64,000 nt of DNA from Chloroflexota bacterium (lineage in GTDB: Bacteria; Chloroflexota; UBA11872; VXOZ01), in assembly GCA_963662335.2 (NCBI GenBank), contig CAXXVD010000005.1, positions 384,001 through 448,000 on the forward strand, read 5' to 3'. Below, piece by piece: positions 36,016 through 45,375 of the stretch (within the stretch, counting starts at the first letter, position 1; every line of letters starts with the position of its first letter). A model generated the notes under the pieces. It worked only from the letters and a program-made list of their open reading frames with translations. It did no database searches and had not been told where the DNA came from. The translations under genes and the position numbers were made by a program.

Positions 36016-36476
36016 AAGCCCCGGTAACTTCCGTGACACGCGCCGGCGCGGTCGAACGCCGCTGGTACGTGGTTGACGCCGCCGGACAGACGCTCGGCCG
36101 GCTGGCGACTCACATTGCCCACGTGCTGCGCGGCAAGCATAAGCCGCAGTACGCCCCAAACGTGGACGTGGGCGACTACGTGGTCGTCGTCAATGCCGCG
36201 AAAGTCGCGGTTACGGGCCGCAAACGCGAGCAAAAGGTCTACTACCGCCACTCCGGCTACCCCGGCGGCATTCGCGGCGTGCTGCTGGCAGACCAGTTGG
36301 AGCGGCGTCCGGACCGGGCGATCGAACATGCGGTGCGCGGCATGTTGCCGCATACCCGCCTCGGACGCGCTATGTTCAAGAAGCTGAAAGTCTACGGGGG
36401 ACCCGAGCACCCGCACGAGGCCCAACGGCCGCAGCCACTCTTCGAGAGCCTAACAGGAGCGAACGCAGATGAGTAA
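36012..36476 (+). CDS. rplM: 50S ribosomal protein L13
   Basis: WYVVDA, LGRLA, GKHKP, HSGYPGG, VRGMLP. Confidence 0.99.
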   Translation: MKAPVTSVTRAGAVERRWYVVDAAGQTLGRLATHIAHVLRGKHKPQYAPNVDVGDYVVVVNAAKVAVTGRKREQKVYYRHSGYPGGIRGVLLADQLERRPDRAIEHAVRGMLPHTRLGRAMFKKLKVYGGPEHPHEAQRPQPLFESLTGANADE

Positions 36477-36867
36477 AGATGGTGAGGCCGCGTACTACGT
36501 CGGCGTGGGACGGCGCAAAGAGGCCGTGGCCCGCATCCGCCTCTACAGCGGCGAGCGCGGCATCATAGTCAACGGCCAGCCGCTGGAAGACTACTTTCCG
36601 CGCATCCTGCACCAGAACGTGGTGCAGGAACCGCTCGACCTCGTCGGCGCCGGCTTTCGCGTCTCGGCGAAGGTGGTCGGCGGCGGCATCAGCGGCCAGG
36701 CGGACGCGATCCGCCACGGCGTGGCGCGGGCGCTGGTAAACGCCAACGAACAGTACCGCTTCACGCTGCGCAAGGCCGGCCTGCTCACCCGCGACGCCCG
36801 CGTCAAAGAACGCAAGAAGTACGGCCTCAAACGCGCCCGCAAGGCCCCGCAGTACACCAAGCGCTAA
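36469..36867 (+). CDS. rpsI: 30S ribosomal protein S9
   Basis: [36 protein letters not shown]. Confidence 0.99.
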   Translation: MSKDGEAAYYVGVGRRKEAVARIRLYSGERGIIVNGQPLEDYFPRILHQNVVQEPLDLVGAGFRVSAKVVGGGISGQADAIRHGVARALVNANEQYRFTLRKAGLLTRDARVKERKKYGLKRARKAPQYTKR

Positions 36868-36951
36868 ACGCAAGACACGCGGCGCCGCACACCCGCGGAT
36901 CGTTAGCAGCCGCGATCCCGCTTCCCTCCGCAGACCGTTCGCAGCCTTGCG

Positions 36952-36984
36952 CCGTTCGTAGTGAGCTTGTCGAAATACGAACGG
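36952..36984. repeat. REP-like family B unit between convergent rpsI and scpB
   Basis: CCGTTCGTAGTGAGCTTGTCGAAATACGAACGG hairpin. Confidence 0.7.
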
Positions 36985-37010
36985 CCCGCGCCGAACCTAT
37001 AAGCGCCCGC

Positions 37011-37559
37011 TCAGGCGCTCTCATCACGCTCAGCCTCAGCGCCGGTCAACGCGGCCAGGAACCGTTCCCGCTCCGGCAGGTCTTCCAAGCTGCCAAGCCC
37101 AAAGTGCTTGAGAAACTCGAAGGTCGTGCGGTACTCGATGGGTCGTCCGGGCGTGGGGCGCCGCTCGCCCGCGGCTATCAGTTCGCGGTTGAGCAGCACG
37201 GCCAACGTATGGTCCGAGTTCACGCCGCGCACGCGCTCGATCTCGGCGCGCGTCGCCGGCTGGTAGTACGCGACCACGGCCAACGTCTCCAGAGCCGGGC
37301 GCGAGAGTTTCTCCCGCCGGTGCACGCCCAGCAGCGCGCGAACGTACGGCGCCGCGTCCGGGTGCGAGACGAGGAGAAACGCCCCGTCCTGCTCCTGCAG
37401 CAGGATTCCCCGCTCGCGTGACGCGGCTTTGAGTTCCGCCAGCGCCGCCGCCACGTCACGCGCCGGCCTGCCCGTAATCTGCGCCATTTCCCGCACGGTG
37501 AGCGGGCGCTCGGCGACGAAGAGAAGGCCTTCCAGCACGGCGGTCAACGGCAACGGCAT
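37011..37559 (-). CDS. scpB: SMC-Scp complex subunit ScpB
   Basis: LEGLLFV, LSRPALETLAVVAYYQP.TRAEIERVRGV, PGRP, FGLGSLEDLP; ATG 37559. Confidence 0.95.
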   Translation of the reverse strand: MPLPLTAVLEGLLFVAERPLTVREMAQITGRPARDVAAALAELKAASRERGILLQEQDGAFLLVSHPDAAPYVRALLGVHRREKLSRPALETLAVVAYYQPATRAEIERVRGVNSDHTLAVLLNRELIAAGERRPTPGRPIEYRTTFEFLKHFGLGSLEDLPERERFLAALTGAEAERDESA

Positions 37560-37566
37560 CCCGACG

Positions 37567-38406
37567 CTACCCTCCCTCCAACGGCGCGCGCGCGAAAGCG
37601 TCGCGGGCGTGCCCTTGATCCGTTGCCGGCGCGGCATGCACGGCCGGCGCAACGCCCACCGGCGGCGCAGCGCTCGCGGAGTCGGAAGAATTCGCGGCGC
37701 GCGCCGCGTCCGCGGGCAGGATGCGAATGTCGGCATAGAGCGCGTCCTGCCGCACCGCGGCCTTGCCCAGCCGCAGGAATTCGAGCACCGCCAGGAACGC
37801 TACCACAATCTCCTCCAAAGACTGGGCCGGTTCTATGACCTCGCGAAATCCGGTCCGGCCGCGCCCCGCCAGCAGCGCATCGATGCGTTCTAGGTAGGTC
37901 TCGATGTGCACCGTGCGCCGGGCCACGGTCGGCAGGTCGTCTTCCTTCTCTTCCAGCACCGCCGCCAGCGCGCCCACCAGGTCTGCCGGCGCGTAGCCGA
38001 CCAGCGCGGGCGGCGCGAATTCCGGCAGCGGCGTCGGCGCGGTGCGCTGATAGGAAGCGCCGCGCTCGTCCTGCCACGCGGCGACAGTCGTCATCAACTG
38101 CCTGAAGCGCTCGTAGCCGCGCAGTTGGTCTTCCAATAACCCGGCCGCCTCTTCCTCCGGTTCCGGCGGCTCGTGCAGCAGCGCCCGCGACTTGAGGTGC
38201 ATCAGTTGCGCCGCCACCCGCAGAAACGCCGCCAGCAGCGGGCCGTCGTCCGTACCCATGCCTTGCGCGTGGGCCAGGAACTGCCGGGTCACCGCCACCA
38301 GCGAGAGTTCTGTTATGTCAAGTTTCTGCTCTTGGATGAGCCGCAGCAAGACGTCAAGCGGACCTTGAAATATCGCCAGGCGGACAGAAGGCAGCGGGGA
38401 TCCCAT
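37567..38406 (-). CDS. scpA: SMC-Scp complex subunit ScpA
   Basis: FQGPLDVLLRLI, LKSRALL, VVAFLAVLE; ATG 38406. Confidence 0.93.
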   Translation of the reverse strand: MGSPLPSVRLAIFQGPLDVLLRLIQEQKLDITELSLVAVTRQFLAHAQGMGTDDGPLLAAFLRVAAQLMHLKSRALLHEPPEPEEEAAGLLEDQLRGYERFRQLMTTVAAWQDERGASYQRTAPTPLPEFAPPALVGYAPADLVGALAAVLEEKEDDLPTVARRTVHIETYLERIDALLAGRGRTGFREVIEPAQSLEEIVVAFLAVLEFLRLGKAAVRQDALYADIRILPADAARAANSSDSASAAPPVGVAPAVHAAPATDQGHARDAFARAPLEGG

Positions 38407-38407
38407 G

Positions 38408-39112
38408 TCAGCCACCCAGGAGCAGGCCAAAGAGGAAGTTGACCGGAGGACCAAGAATTGCCTGGAAGATGCCGATGCGCAGGAACCAGGAGTCTAGAAG
38501 CACGATGATGAGGAGCAGGAACGGGCCCTGCAACTCAAACCTGGTTATGGAGGGCACGAGGTGCGGCGGCAGGAAGCGCAGCAGCACGCGATAGCCGTCC
38601 AATGGCGGTAGCGGGATGATGTTGAACACCGCCAAAGAGATGTTGATAAACACCACGTAGGCGAATATCGTCGCAATCGTGGCGCTCGTGCTGTCAGCCG
38701 TGAGGCCGCTTGTGGGCAGTAGGTTGCGGAGCGCAAACGCGATTACGGCCGCGGTCACCAGGTTCGCGGCCGGTCCCGCCGCTGCCACCATCGCGCCGCC
38801 CGAAATCGGCCCGTTGCGCAGGTTGGCCGGATTATACGGCACCGGCTTGCCCCAGCCAAAGCCGATGAGGAAGATCATGACCGTCCCCAACAGGTCGAGG
38901 TGCGCCAACGGGTTGAGGGTCAGCCGTCCCAGATCGCGCGCCGTTGGATCGCCGAGCCGGTTCGCCATCCAGGCGTGGCTATACTCATGCACGGAGATGC
39001 CCACGACAAGCGCAATCAAGAGACCCAGGAAAACCGCCGGATTACCGAGTTGGGCAAGCAACGCAGACCTCACGGGAGAAGGGGTGAATCGCGCGTAAGC
39101 AGACAGACTCAT
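38408..39112 (-). CDS. Site-2 protease family (M50) intramembrane metalloprotease
   Basis: HEYSH, GDPTA, GRLTLNPLAHLD, AAGP, FNIIPLPPLDG; start uncertain. Confidence 0.92.
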   Translation of the reverse strand: MSLSAYARFTPSPVRSALLAQLGNPAVFLGLLIALVVGISVHEYSHAWMANRLGDPTARDLGRLTLNPLAHLDLLGTVMIFLIGFGWGKPVPYNPANLRNGPISGGAMVAAAGPAANLVTAAVIAFALRNLLPTSGLTADSTSATIATIFAYVVFINISLAVFNIIPLPPLDGYRVLLRFLPPHLVPSITRFELQGPFLLLIIVLLDSWFLRIGIFQAILGPPVNFLFGLLLGG

Positions 39113-39252
39113 CGTAGCATCGACCCCTTGCGGTGACAACTCTACTTGTCGCTGGTGAGCGAATTTGCTACGATGAGACGTAACTGGCCCGCTTGTGGGT
39201 TTTGCATTGTGGTGTCCTGGATTCATTGCGGCGTCAGGGAGGGGAGAAGTTC

Positions 39253-39579
39253 ATGCGCGCACGTGCCGCGCACGTCGATCCGATCGAGATGTTTGCGGGC
39301 GTGCACCGCAGGACGCTGGCGTATGGCGAGAACACCATGATCTGCCAGATCAGCTTCGCCCCCGGCGGCGACGTTCCCCTGCACCAGCACCCCAACGAAC
39401 AGTCGGGATACGTCATCGAGGGTACGCTGAAGCTCACGGTCGCTACGGAATTGCTGGTGCTGGAACCGGGCGAAACGTACGTCATTCCCGCCGATACGCC
39501 CCATGCCGCGACGGCGGACGAGCCGACGGTCGTGCTCGACATCTTTTCGCCGCCGCGCGAGGACTATAAGGACGACTAG
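39253..39579 (+). CDS. Cupin domain protein
   Basis: PLHQHPNEQSGYV, IPADTPH, DIFSPPREDY. Confidence 0.9.
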   Translation: MRARAAHVDPIEMFAGVHRRTLAYGENTMICQISFAPGGDVPLHQHPNEQSGYVIEGTLKLTVATELLVLEPGETYVIPADTPHAATADEPTVVLDIFSPPREDYKDD

Positions 39580-39596
39580 GCACCGTCTTGACTTCC

Positions 39597-39620
39597 GTAG
39601 CGCGGGGGCTTGTCCCCCGC
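39597..39620. repeat. GTAG-type REP (family C)
   Basis: GTAGCGCGGGGGCTTGTCCCCCGC; exact reverse complement at 61743-61766. Confidence 0.85.
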
Positions 39621-39704
39621 CGCGACAACCGTACGCACCAGGAATGCACAGGCAGCAATTCGCAGCGCAAGGACAGCCCAGACAGACTAAGGAGGATTGG
39701 CGCA

Positions 39705-39947
39705 TTGCTTAAGATCCGTCTCGTTCGTATTGGCAAACGCAAGCAGCCCCATTACCGCGTCATCGTGGCCGACGCTCGCATGGCGCGCAATGGCCGCCAC
39801 GTGGACATACTGGGGCACTACAACCCGCGCACCGAACCGTCTACCGTGCAGATCGACACGGAGCGCGCCCAGGAGTGGCTCCAGAAGGGCGCGCAGCCCA
39901 CGGACCGCGTGCGCAAGCTGCTCAAAATCGCCGGACTGGAGGATTAG
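39705..39947 (+). CDS. rpsP: 30S ribosomal protein S16
   Basis: LKIRLVRIG, PHYRVIVADAR, LGHYNP, GAQPTDRV; TTG after AAGGAGG. Confidence 0.97.
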   Translation: MLKIRLVRIGKRKQPHYRVIVADARMARNGRHVDILGHYNPRTEPSTVQIDTERAQEWLQKGAQPTDRVRKLLKIAGLED

Positions 39948-39949
39948 CG

Positions 39950-40285
39950 ATGTATCAACGACGGCCCGGCAGGCCGCGTGACGGCGGACGGCGCGGTCCC
40001 CGGCAACGCGGCGGCAGAGAGCGCGACTACCGCGGTGACGGCGGCGCCGTGCCGGCGCTCACCGGCCTCATCGAGTTTGTCGCCTACGGCCTGGTGCGCA
40101 ACGTGGACGCCGTGCAAGTGCGCGAAATCGTGCGCTCCCAGGCGGTGGTCTACGAGTTGCGCGTCGCCGACGAGGACAAAGGCCGCGTGATCGGCAAGGA
40201 CGGCCGCATTGCGCAAGCCCTGCGCACGGTGATGCGCGCCGCGGCCGGTGAAGGAAGCCGCCGCGTCGCGCTTGACATCATCTAG
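39950..40285 (+). CDS. khpA: KH domain RNA-binding protein KhpA
   Basis: DKGRVIGKDGRIAQALRTV; between rpsP and rimM. Confidence 0.9.
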   Translation: MYQRRPGRPRDGGRRGPRQRGGRERDYRGDGGAVPALTGLIEFVAYGLVRNVDAVQVREIVRSQAVVYELRVADEDKGRVIGKDGRIAQALRTVMRAAAGEGSRRVALDII

Positions 40286-40287
40286 CC

Positions 40288-40836
40288 TTGAGCGGCAAAG
40301 GGGCGAGTGACGTAGAGCAGCACGACGCGTACGCGGGTTGGCTCATCATCGGACGCATCAGCGCGCCCCACGGCATACGCGGCGAGGCGCGGGTGGAAGT
40401 CCTCACCGATTTTCCGCAGCGCTTCCAATCGGTCAAGCGCGTCTATCTTGGCTCGCGCCACGAGTTGCGCGCGGTGGAAGCGGCGCGCTTTACCCCCAAA
40501 GGCGTTCTGCTCAAACTCGCGGGCGTCGATTCGCGGGATGCGGCCGCTGACCTGCGCGGCGCGTACGTGGCGCTGCCCGAAGCCGAGTTGCCTCCCCTCC
40601 CCACCGGCAGTTTCCACCACCACCAAATCAACGGCTTGGACGTCTACACGGAAGACGGCCGGCGGCTCGGCGCAGTGGCGGAGATACTCACCACCGGCAG
40701 CAACGACGTCTACGTCGTGCGCGGCGGCCAAGGCGGGGAATTGCTGCTGCCGGCCATCGCGGAGGTCATTCTCGGTATCGACCTGGACGCGCAGCGCATC
40801 ACCGTACACCTCATCCCCGGACTCCTGCCGGACTGA
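40288..40836 (+). CDS. rimM: Ribosome maturation factor RimM
   Basis: IGRISAPHGIRGE, TDFP, GSNDVYVV, LLPAI. Confidence 0.96.
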   Translation: MSGKGASDVEQHDAYAGWLIIGRISAPHGIRGEARVEVLTDFPQRFQSVKRVYLGSRHELRAVEAARFTPKGVLLKLAGVDSRDAAADLRGAYVALPEAELPPLPTGSFHHHQINGLDVYTEDGRRLGAVAEILTTGSNDVYVVRGGQGGELLLPAIAEVILGIDLDAQRITVHLIPGLLPD

Positions 40837-40889
40837 GCGCAGAGCGCGCGTGTCTAACCGGACACCATAGCGAACCGCGAGCAGGCGTC

Positions 40890-41630
40890 ATGCTGCGCGT
40901 AGACATTCTCACCATCTTTCCCGATTACTTTCGCGGGCCGCTCGCTCATGGCACGCTCAGCCGCGCCGTGGCGCGCGGCTGCCTCACCGTCGCCGTGCAC
41001 AATCTCCGCAACTGGGCGGCGGGGAAGCACCGGGTGACGGACGACTACACCTTTGGCGGCGGCACGGGCATGGTGATGAAGCCGGAGCCTTTCTTTCGCG
41101 CCGTGGCGGAACTCACGACGCCGGGCGCGCACGTCATCCTGCTCAGCCCCGCCGGCAGTCTGCTCACGCAGCGGCACGCCGCCGGCGTGTCCGAGAAGCA
41201 GCACCTTATCCTGCTGTGCGGCCGCTACGAGGGCGTGGACGCGCGGGTCGCGGAACATCTGGCGCACGAGGAGATTTCTATTGGCGACTACGTCGTAAGC
41301 GGCGGCGAGTTGCCAGCTCTCGTCCTCCTCGACGCCGCGGCGCGCCAACTCCCCGGCGTGCTCGGCGGCGGCCCGACCGCCGTGGGCGAGGAGTCCCACG
41401 CCGCCGGCCTCCTCGAGTACCCGCACTATACGCGGCCGGCTTCATATCAGGGCATGGACGCGCCGGCGATCCTGCTCTCCGGCAATCACCAACAGATCGA
41501 GCGGTGGCGGCGGCGGCAGTCGCTCGCGCGGACCCGGGCGCGCCGCCCGGACTTGCTCGAGCGGGCCGACCTCAGCGAGGAAGACCGGAGTTTCCTCGCC
41601 AGCGAGGCAAATTGCGAAGTGCCCGAATAG
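40890..41630 (+). CDS. trmD: tRNA (guanine37-N1)-methyltransferase
   Basis: DDYTFGGGTGMV, LCGRYEGVDAR, SIGDYVVSGGE, LEYPHYTRP, SGNH. Confidence 0.98.
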   Translation: MLRVDILTIFPDYFRGPLAHGTLSRAVARGCLTVAVHNLRNWAAGKHRVTDDYTFGGGTGMVMKPEPFFRAVAELTTPGAHVILLSPAGSLLTQRHAAGVSEKQHLILLCGRYEGVDARVAEHLAHEEISIGDYVVSGGELPALVLLDAAARQLPGVLGGGPTAVGEESHAAGLLEYPHYTRPASYQGMDAPAILLSGNHQQIERWRRRQSLARTRARRPDLLERADLSEEDRSFLASEANCEVPE

Positions 41631-41678
41631 TGTGCTACTGTAGCAAGAGTGAGCAAATGCTAGTAACGAGAAGCAAAG

Positions 41679-42023
41679 ATGACAACGACAATCGACGACA
41701 TCGTGCAAGCGCGGTTGAAAGCCGACCCGCCGGACTTTGCGCCGGGTGACACCGTGCGCGTAAACGTGAAAGTCGTGGAGAGCGGCCGCGAGCGCACCCA
41801 GGCGTTCGAGGGCGTGGTGCTGGCGCGCCGGGCCTCGGGCATCAACGAGAACTTCACCGTGCGCCGCACCACTCACGGCATCGGCGTGGAGCGCACCTTC
41901 CTCGTGCACTCGCCCCGCATCGAGAGCGTAAGCGTGGTGCGGCGCGGCCGGGTGCGGCGCGCCAAGCTCTACTATCTGCGGGACCGCGTGGGCAAGGCCG
42001 CGCGCATCAAGGAACGCCGGTAG
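41679..42023 (+). CDS. rplS: 50S ribosomal protein L19
   Basis: [28 protein letters not shown]. Confidence 0.99.
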   Translation: MTTTIDDIVQARLKADPPDFAPGDTVRVNVKVVESGRERTQAFEGVVLARRASGINENFTVRRTTHGIGVERTFLVHSPRIESVSVVRRGRVRRAKLYYLRDRVGKAARIKERR

Positions 42024-42116
42024 CCGCCGCGTGGGAAAGGGACGCCCGCTTGCTTTCGTTCCGGCGGGCACTAGCGTGCAATGCGTCTGAGACGAAGTTT
42101 GCGTACACCCGTTCGC

Positions 42117-42920
42117 ATGGATAGCTTAGCCATTGAGCGGTCGTGGCTGGACCGCGGCGCCGCGTTGATTGCCGGTACGGATGAAGTGGGCCGCGGCGCG
42201 TGGGCCGGTCCCGTCGTGGCCGGGGTGGTGGCCGTAGCCCCCGGCCTCTACCAGTCGCTGCCCGCCGACCTGCGCGGCATCGACGATTCCAAGCTGCTCG
42301 CCCCCAAGCGGCGCGAGGCACTCGCTCCCCGCATCATGGCCCACGCCGCCGCCTGGGGACTCGGCGCCACAACCTCCCGCGAAATCGCCAGCGCCGGCCT
42401 GAGCGCGGCCGTACGCCTGGCCATCCGGCGCGCCTACGGCGAAGCAGCCGCCAAGTTCCCCCAAGCGCCCGACGTACTCCTTACCGACGCCGTCGCGCTC
42501 CCAAATGCGCCCGTGCCGGTAGAAGCCCACGCTAAAGCCGATCAGCGCTGCCTGGCGGTGGCAATGGCGTCAATTCTCGCCAAAGTGCACCGCGACCGTC
42601 TCATGCGCCGCTTCGCTCCGGTCTATCCGCACTACGACTTCGCCCGCAACAAAGGCTACGGCACCCGCAGCCATCACCGGGCGTTGCTGCGCTTTGGGCC
42701 GTGCGCCATCCACCGCGCGACGTTTCGTCCCGTCATGCGCGCGGCGTCCGCGCTCTCGCCGCCGTCCGGCCGCGTCAGTCCGGTGCGCGCACGGTCTACA
42801 CCCGAAGAGAAACCTGCTGCCCACGGCAGGGACAACATCCACGCTCCCAATCCTGTCGCGAGCGGCGCAAACGGCGCCGCATCGAGCGTGCAGCCTCAGC
42901 AGCGGAGCGGCGGCGCATGA
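42117..42920 (+). CDS. rnhB: Ribonuclease HII
   Basis: GTDEVGRGAWAGPVV, DDSK, ASILAKV.RD, NKGYGT; low-complexity C-terminal tail. Start 42081 or 42117. Confidence 0.95.
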   Translation: MDSLAIERSWLDRGAALIAGTDEVGRGAWAGPVVAGVVAVAPGLYQSLPADLRGIDDSKLLAPKRREALAPRIMAHAAAWGLGATTSREIASAGLSAAVRLAIRRAYGEAAAKFPQAPDVLLTDAVALPNAPVPVEAHAKADQRCLAVAMASILAKVHRDRLMRRFAPVYPHYDFARNKGYGTRSHHRALLRFGPCAIHRATFRPVMRAASALSPPSGRVSPVRARSTPEEKPAAHGRDNIHAPNPVASGANGAASSVQPQQRSGGA

Positions 42921-43327
42921 GTCCGACGTCGTTGAAGACTGGGAATTCCGCCAAGAGGCCGAGCCGATACCGTCAGGCCGTTGGAAAGTGGGGAGAAGAA
43001 GCCGCCGCCCAGTACCTCGCCACGCGCCGCTACGCGATTCTCGCACGCAACTACCGGACGCCCGCCGGCGAACTGGACATCATCGCGCGCGACGCGGCAG
43101 CCATTGTGTTCATAGAGGTGAAGACCCGGCGCACGAAGCGTTTCGGCTTGCCGCAAGAAGCGGTAACGCCAGCCAAAGCGGCCCACATCATCGCGGCGGC
43201 CCAGCACTATCTGCAGGATACCGCCCAGAGCGACGCCGCCTGGCGCATAGACGTGGTTGCCGTATGCGGCAGCCCCGGCTCACACCCGGAGATCACCCTC
43301 ATTCGCAACGCAGTGGAGGGGAGTTAG
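42917..43327 (+). CDS. yraN: YraN family PD-(D/E)XK endonuclease-like protein
   Basis: GKWGEEAA, RNYR, GELDIIA, FIEVKTR, RIDVV; ATGA overlap with rnhB. Confidence 0.93.
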   Translation: MSPTSLKTGNSAKRPSRYRQAVGKWGEEAAAQYLATRRYAILARNYRTPAGELDIIARDAAAIVFIEVKTRRTKRFGLPQEAVTPAKAAHIIAAAQHYLQDTAQSDAAWRIDVVAVCGSPGSHPEITLIRNAVEGS

Positions 43328-43434
43328 TCCGTATCCAGATAGAGTGGGCATAGTTACTGGCTCTGATCCTGTCCCCGCGGTCAGAGGGTTGGCTCCAAGT
43401 CTGTCCACTCTCCCTGAGAGTATCTTTGCGTAAT

Positions 43435-43464
43435 TCCGTCATTCCGGCGAAAGCCGGAATCCAG
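43435..43464. repeat. REP-like family A single unit
   Basis: TCCGTCATTCCGGCGAAAGCCGGAATCCAG. Confidence 0.85.
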
Positions 43465-43499
43465 AAACTCCATGATTGAGTTGAAAGAGCGCTAGCGCC

Positions 43500-44573
43500 A
43501 TGCCAACGCTGTGGAACACACCCTATACGCGGGAAGAATTGCTCAGCCGGGTCGGCAGCATGGACCAGCTTGGCGGCGCGCGGCGACTCCGCTGGGAGGA
43601 GGGGCCGGAGGACGCCATGCTGGCCGCCGAGATGCGCACCGGTTCAGGCCTGAATCTCTGGATTGCGCCGTCGCGCGGCCTGGACGTGGCGCACGCCGAG
43701 TATAAGGGCATCCCGCTCGCGTGGCGTTCCCGCACCGGCGACATGCACAGCGCCTATTTCGAACCCGAAGGCATGGGCTGGCTGCGCGGTTTCTTTGGCG
43801 GTCTCATCACCACCTGCGGCCTCACCTACCTGGGCGCGCCCAGCCTCGATTGCGGCGAGGAGCTTGGCATCCACGGCCGCGTCTCCTACACCGCCGCCCG
43901 CAACGTCCTGGTCGACAATGACTGGCAGGGCGACGACTACGTGATGCGCGTGCAGGGACGGCTGACCGAGAGCGCCGTCTTCGGCAATACGTTGGTACTA
44001 ACACGCTGCGTCTGGGCGCGGCTGGGCGAGTCGCGCTTCTTCGTGCACGACCGCGTGGAGAACGTGGGGCGGGAGCCAAGTCCCTTCATGCTGCTCTACC
44101 ACGTCAACATCGGCTTTCCCCTGGTGCACCCGGCAGCGCGGCTGCTCTCTCCCACTGAGCACGCCGAGCCGCGTGACGCGGCGGCCGCGGCCGGCCGCGA
44201 CCGCTACGACCGGTTCGAAGACCCCACGCCGGACTTTGCCGAGCAGGTCTATTTCCATGACATGCGGCCCAACGCGGAGGGCCGCGTGCAGGCCGCGATC
44301 GTGAATCCGACGGTACATGACGGCATTGGCGTATATCTGCGCTACGATCCGCGCGAACTCCCCTGCTTTACCGAATGGAAGATGATGAACAGCGACGAGT
44401 ACGTCGTTGGCTTGGAACCCGGCAACTGCCTGCCGCTGGGACGCGCCGCCGAACGGGCCGCGGGCCGGCTGCGTCATTTGGCGCCGGGCGAGGCGCAGGA
44501 GTTTCACCTGGAGTTCGGGGTCTTAGACGGTCGTGACGCGATCACCTCCTTCGAGCAGGCAATGCGCGCATGA
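43500..44573 (+). CDS. Aldose 1-epimerase-like protein (DUF4432 family)
   Basis: RGLDV, WLRGFFGGLITTCGL, HGR, MLLYHVNIGFP, EQVYFH, YVVGLEPGN. Confidence 0.85.
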   Translation: MPTLWNTPYTREELLSRVGSMDQLGGARRLRWEEGPEDAMLAAEMRTGSGLNLWIAPSRGLDVAHAEYKGIPLAWRSRTGDMHSAYFEPEGMGWLRGFFGGLITTCGLTYLGAPSLDCGEELGIHGRVSYTAARNVLVDNDWQGDDYVMRVQGRLTESAVFGNTLVLTRCVWARLGESRFFVHDRVENVGREPSPFMLLYHVNIGFPLVHPAARLLSPTEHAEPRDAAAAAGRDRYDRFEDPTPDFAEQVYFHDMRPNAEGRVQAAIVNPTVHDGIGVYLRYDPRELPCFTEWKMMNSDEYVVGLEPGNCLPLGRAAERAAGRLRHLAPGEAQEFHLEFGVLDGRDAITSFEQAMRA

Positions 44574-45325
44574 AGCCAATCTCCATCCTCTGGTCCGACG
44601 GGGTAAGCGAAGCCGAGGTCAAAGCGGCCGTCACCGCCATGCGCGACTTCCTGCGCTGCGTGCAGGCCGTCGGTTTCGAACAAGACATCTGCCTCGCTCC
44701 CATCACGGTACGGCCCTTCGGCAACTGGATCATACAAGGCGCCACCGGCCGCGAAGCGTACCATTCGTTTCAGTGGTACTGGCAGACAAGCTTGGATGAA
44801 CGCTCCGGCCAGGTTTCCGCCGCCACCTTCATCGAAATCGTGCGCTACGAACCCTGGCAACAAACCGAGCCGCACTTCGACTTCGCCCTGCTGCACACCG
44901 ATTTGCGCGACGATATGGCCGGCGCCGCCGAAGGCGCGGAGACCGAGCGTGAGTACCCCTTGGTCTTTGCCTGCACCGAGCCCGACCTGGTTACGGTGAT
45001 TTCAACCTGCCACCTGGCGCAGATCGCCGATCGCGACTTGCGGCTCAAGTGCCTGCGCAGCCTGGTGATGCGCAACTTCGGCCGCCTCGTCGGCCTGCCC
45101 GGCGGTCTGCCGGCGCCCAGCCGCGTCCGGCCGGGGCAGTCCCCCGCGGCAAGCAAACCGCCTGCCCGGACCTGTGCGCCGCCTTGCGCCATGCACGAAG
45201 CGCGCTCCCTGGACGAACTGATGGGCCTGGCGGCGGCAGAGAAAGGCGATAAGCCGGCGCTGTGCGACCTGTGCAGAGAAGACCTGCGCTCGATTGTCTT
45301 TCGCCTGCACTTCTCTGAAAACTAG
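44570..45325 (+). CDS. Archaemetzincin (M54)-like protein lacking the catalytic zinc motif
   Basis: RNFGRLVGLP where HExGHxxGL is expected, followed by C..C.M and LCDLC; ATGA-coupled to the upstream gene. Confidence 0.6.
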   Translation: MKPISILWSDGVSEAEVKAAVTAMRDFLRCVQAVGFEQDICLAPITVRPFGNWIIQGATGREAYHSFQWYWQTSLDERSGQVSAATFIEIVRYEPWQQTEPHFDFALLHTDLRDDMAGAAEGAETEREYPLVFACTEPDLVTVISTCHLAQIADRDLRLKCLRSLVMRNFGRLVGLPGGLPAPSRVRPGQSPAASKPPARTCAPPCAMHEARSLDELMGLAAAEKGDKPALCDLCREDLRSIVFRLHFSEN

Positions 45326-45375
45326 CGAGGGCATCGCCGGAACGGGACAACTGGAAGCGAGACGGAGCAGCGTCA

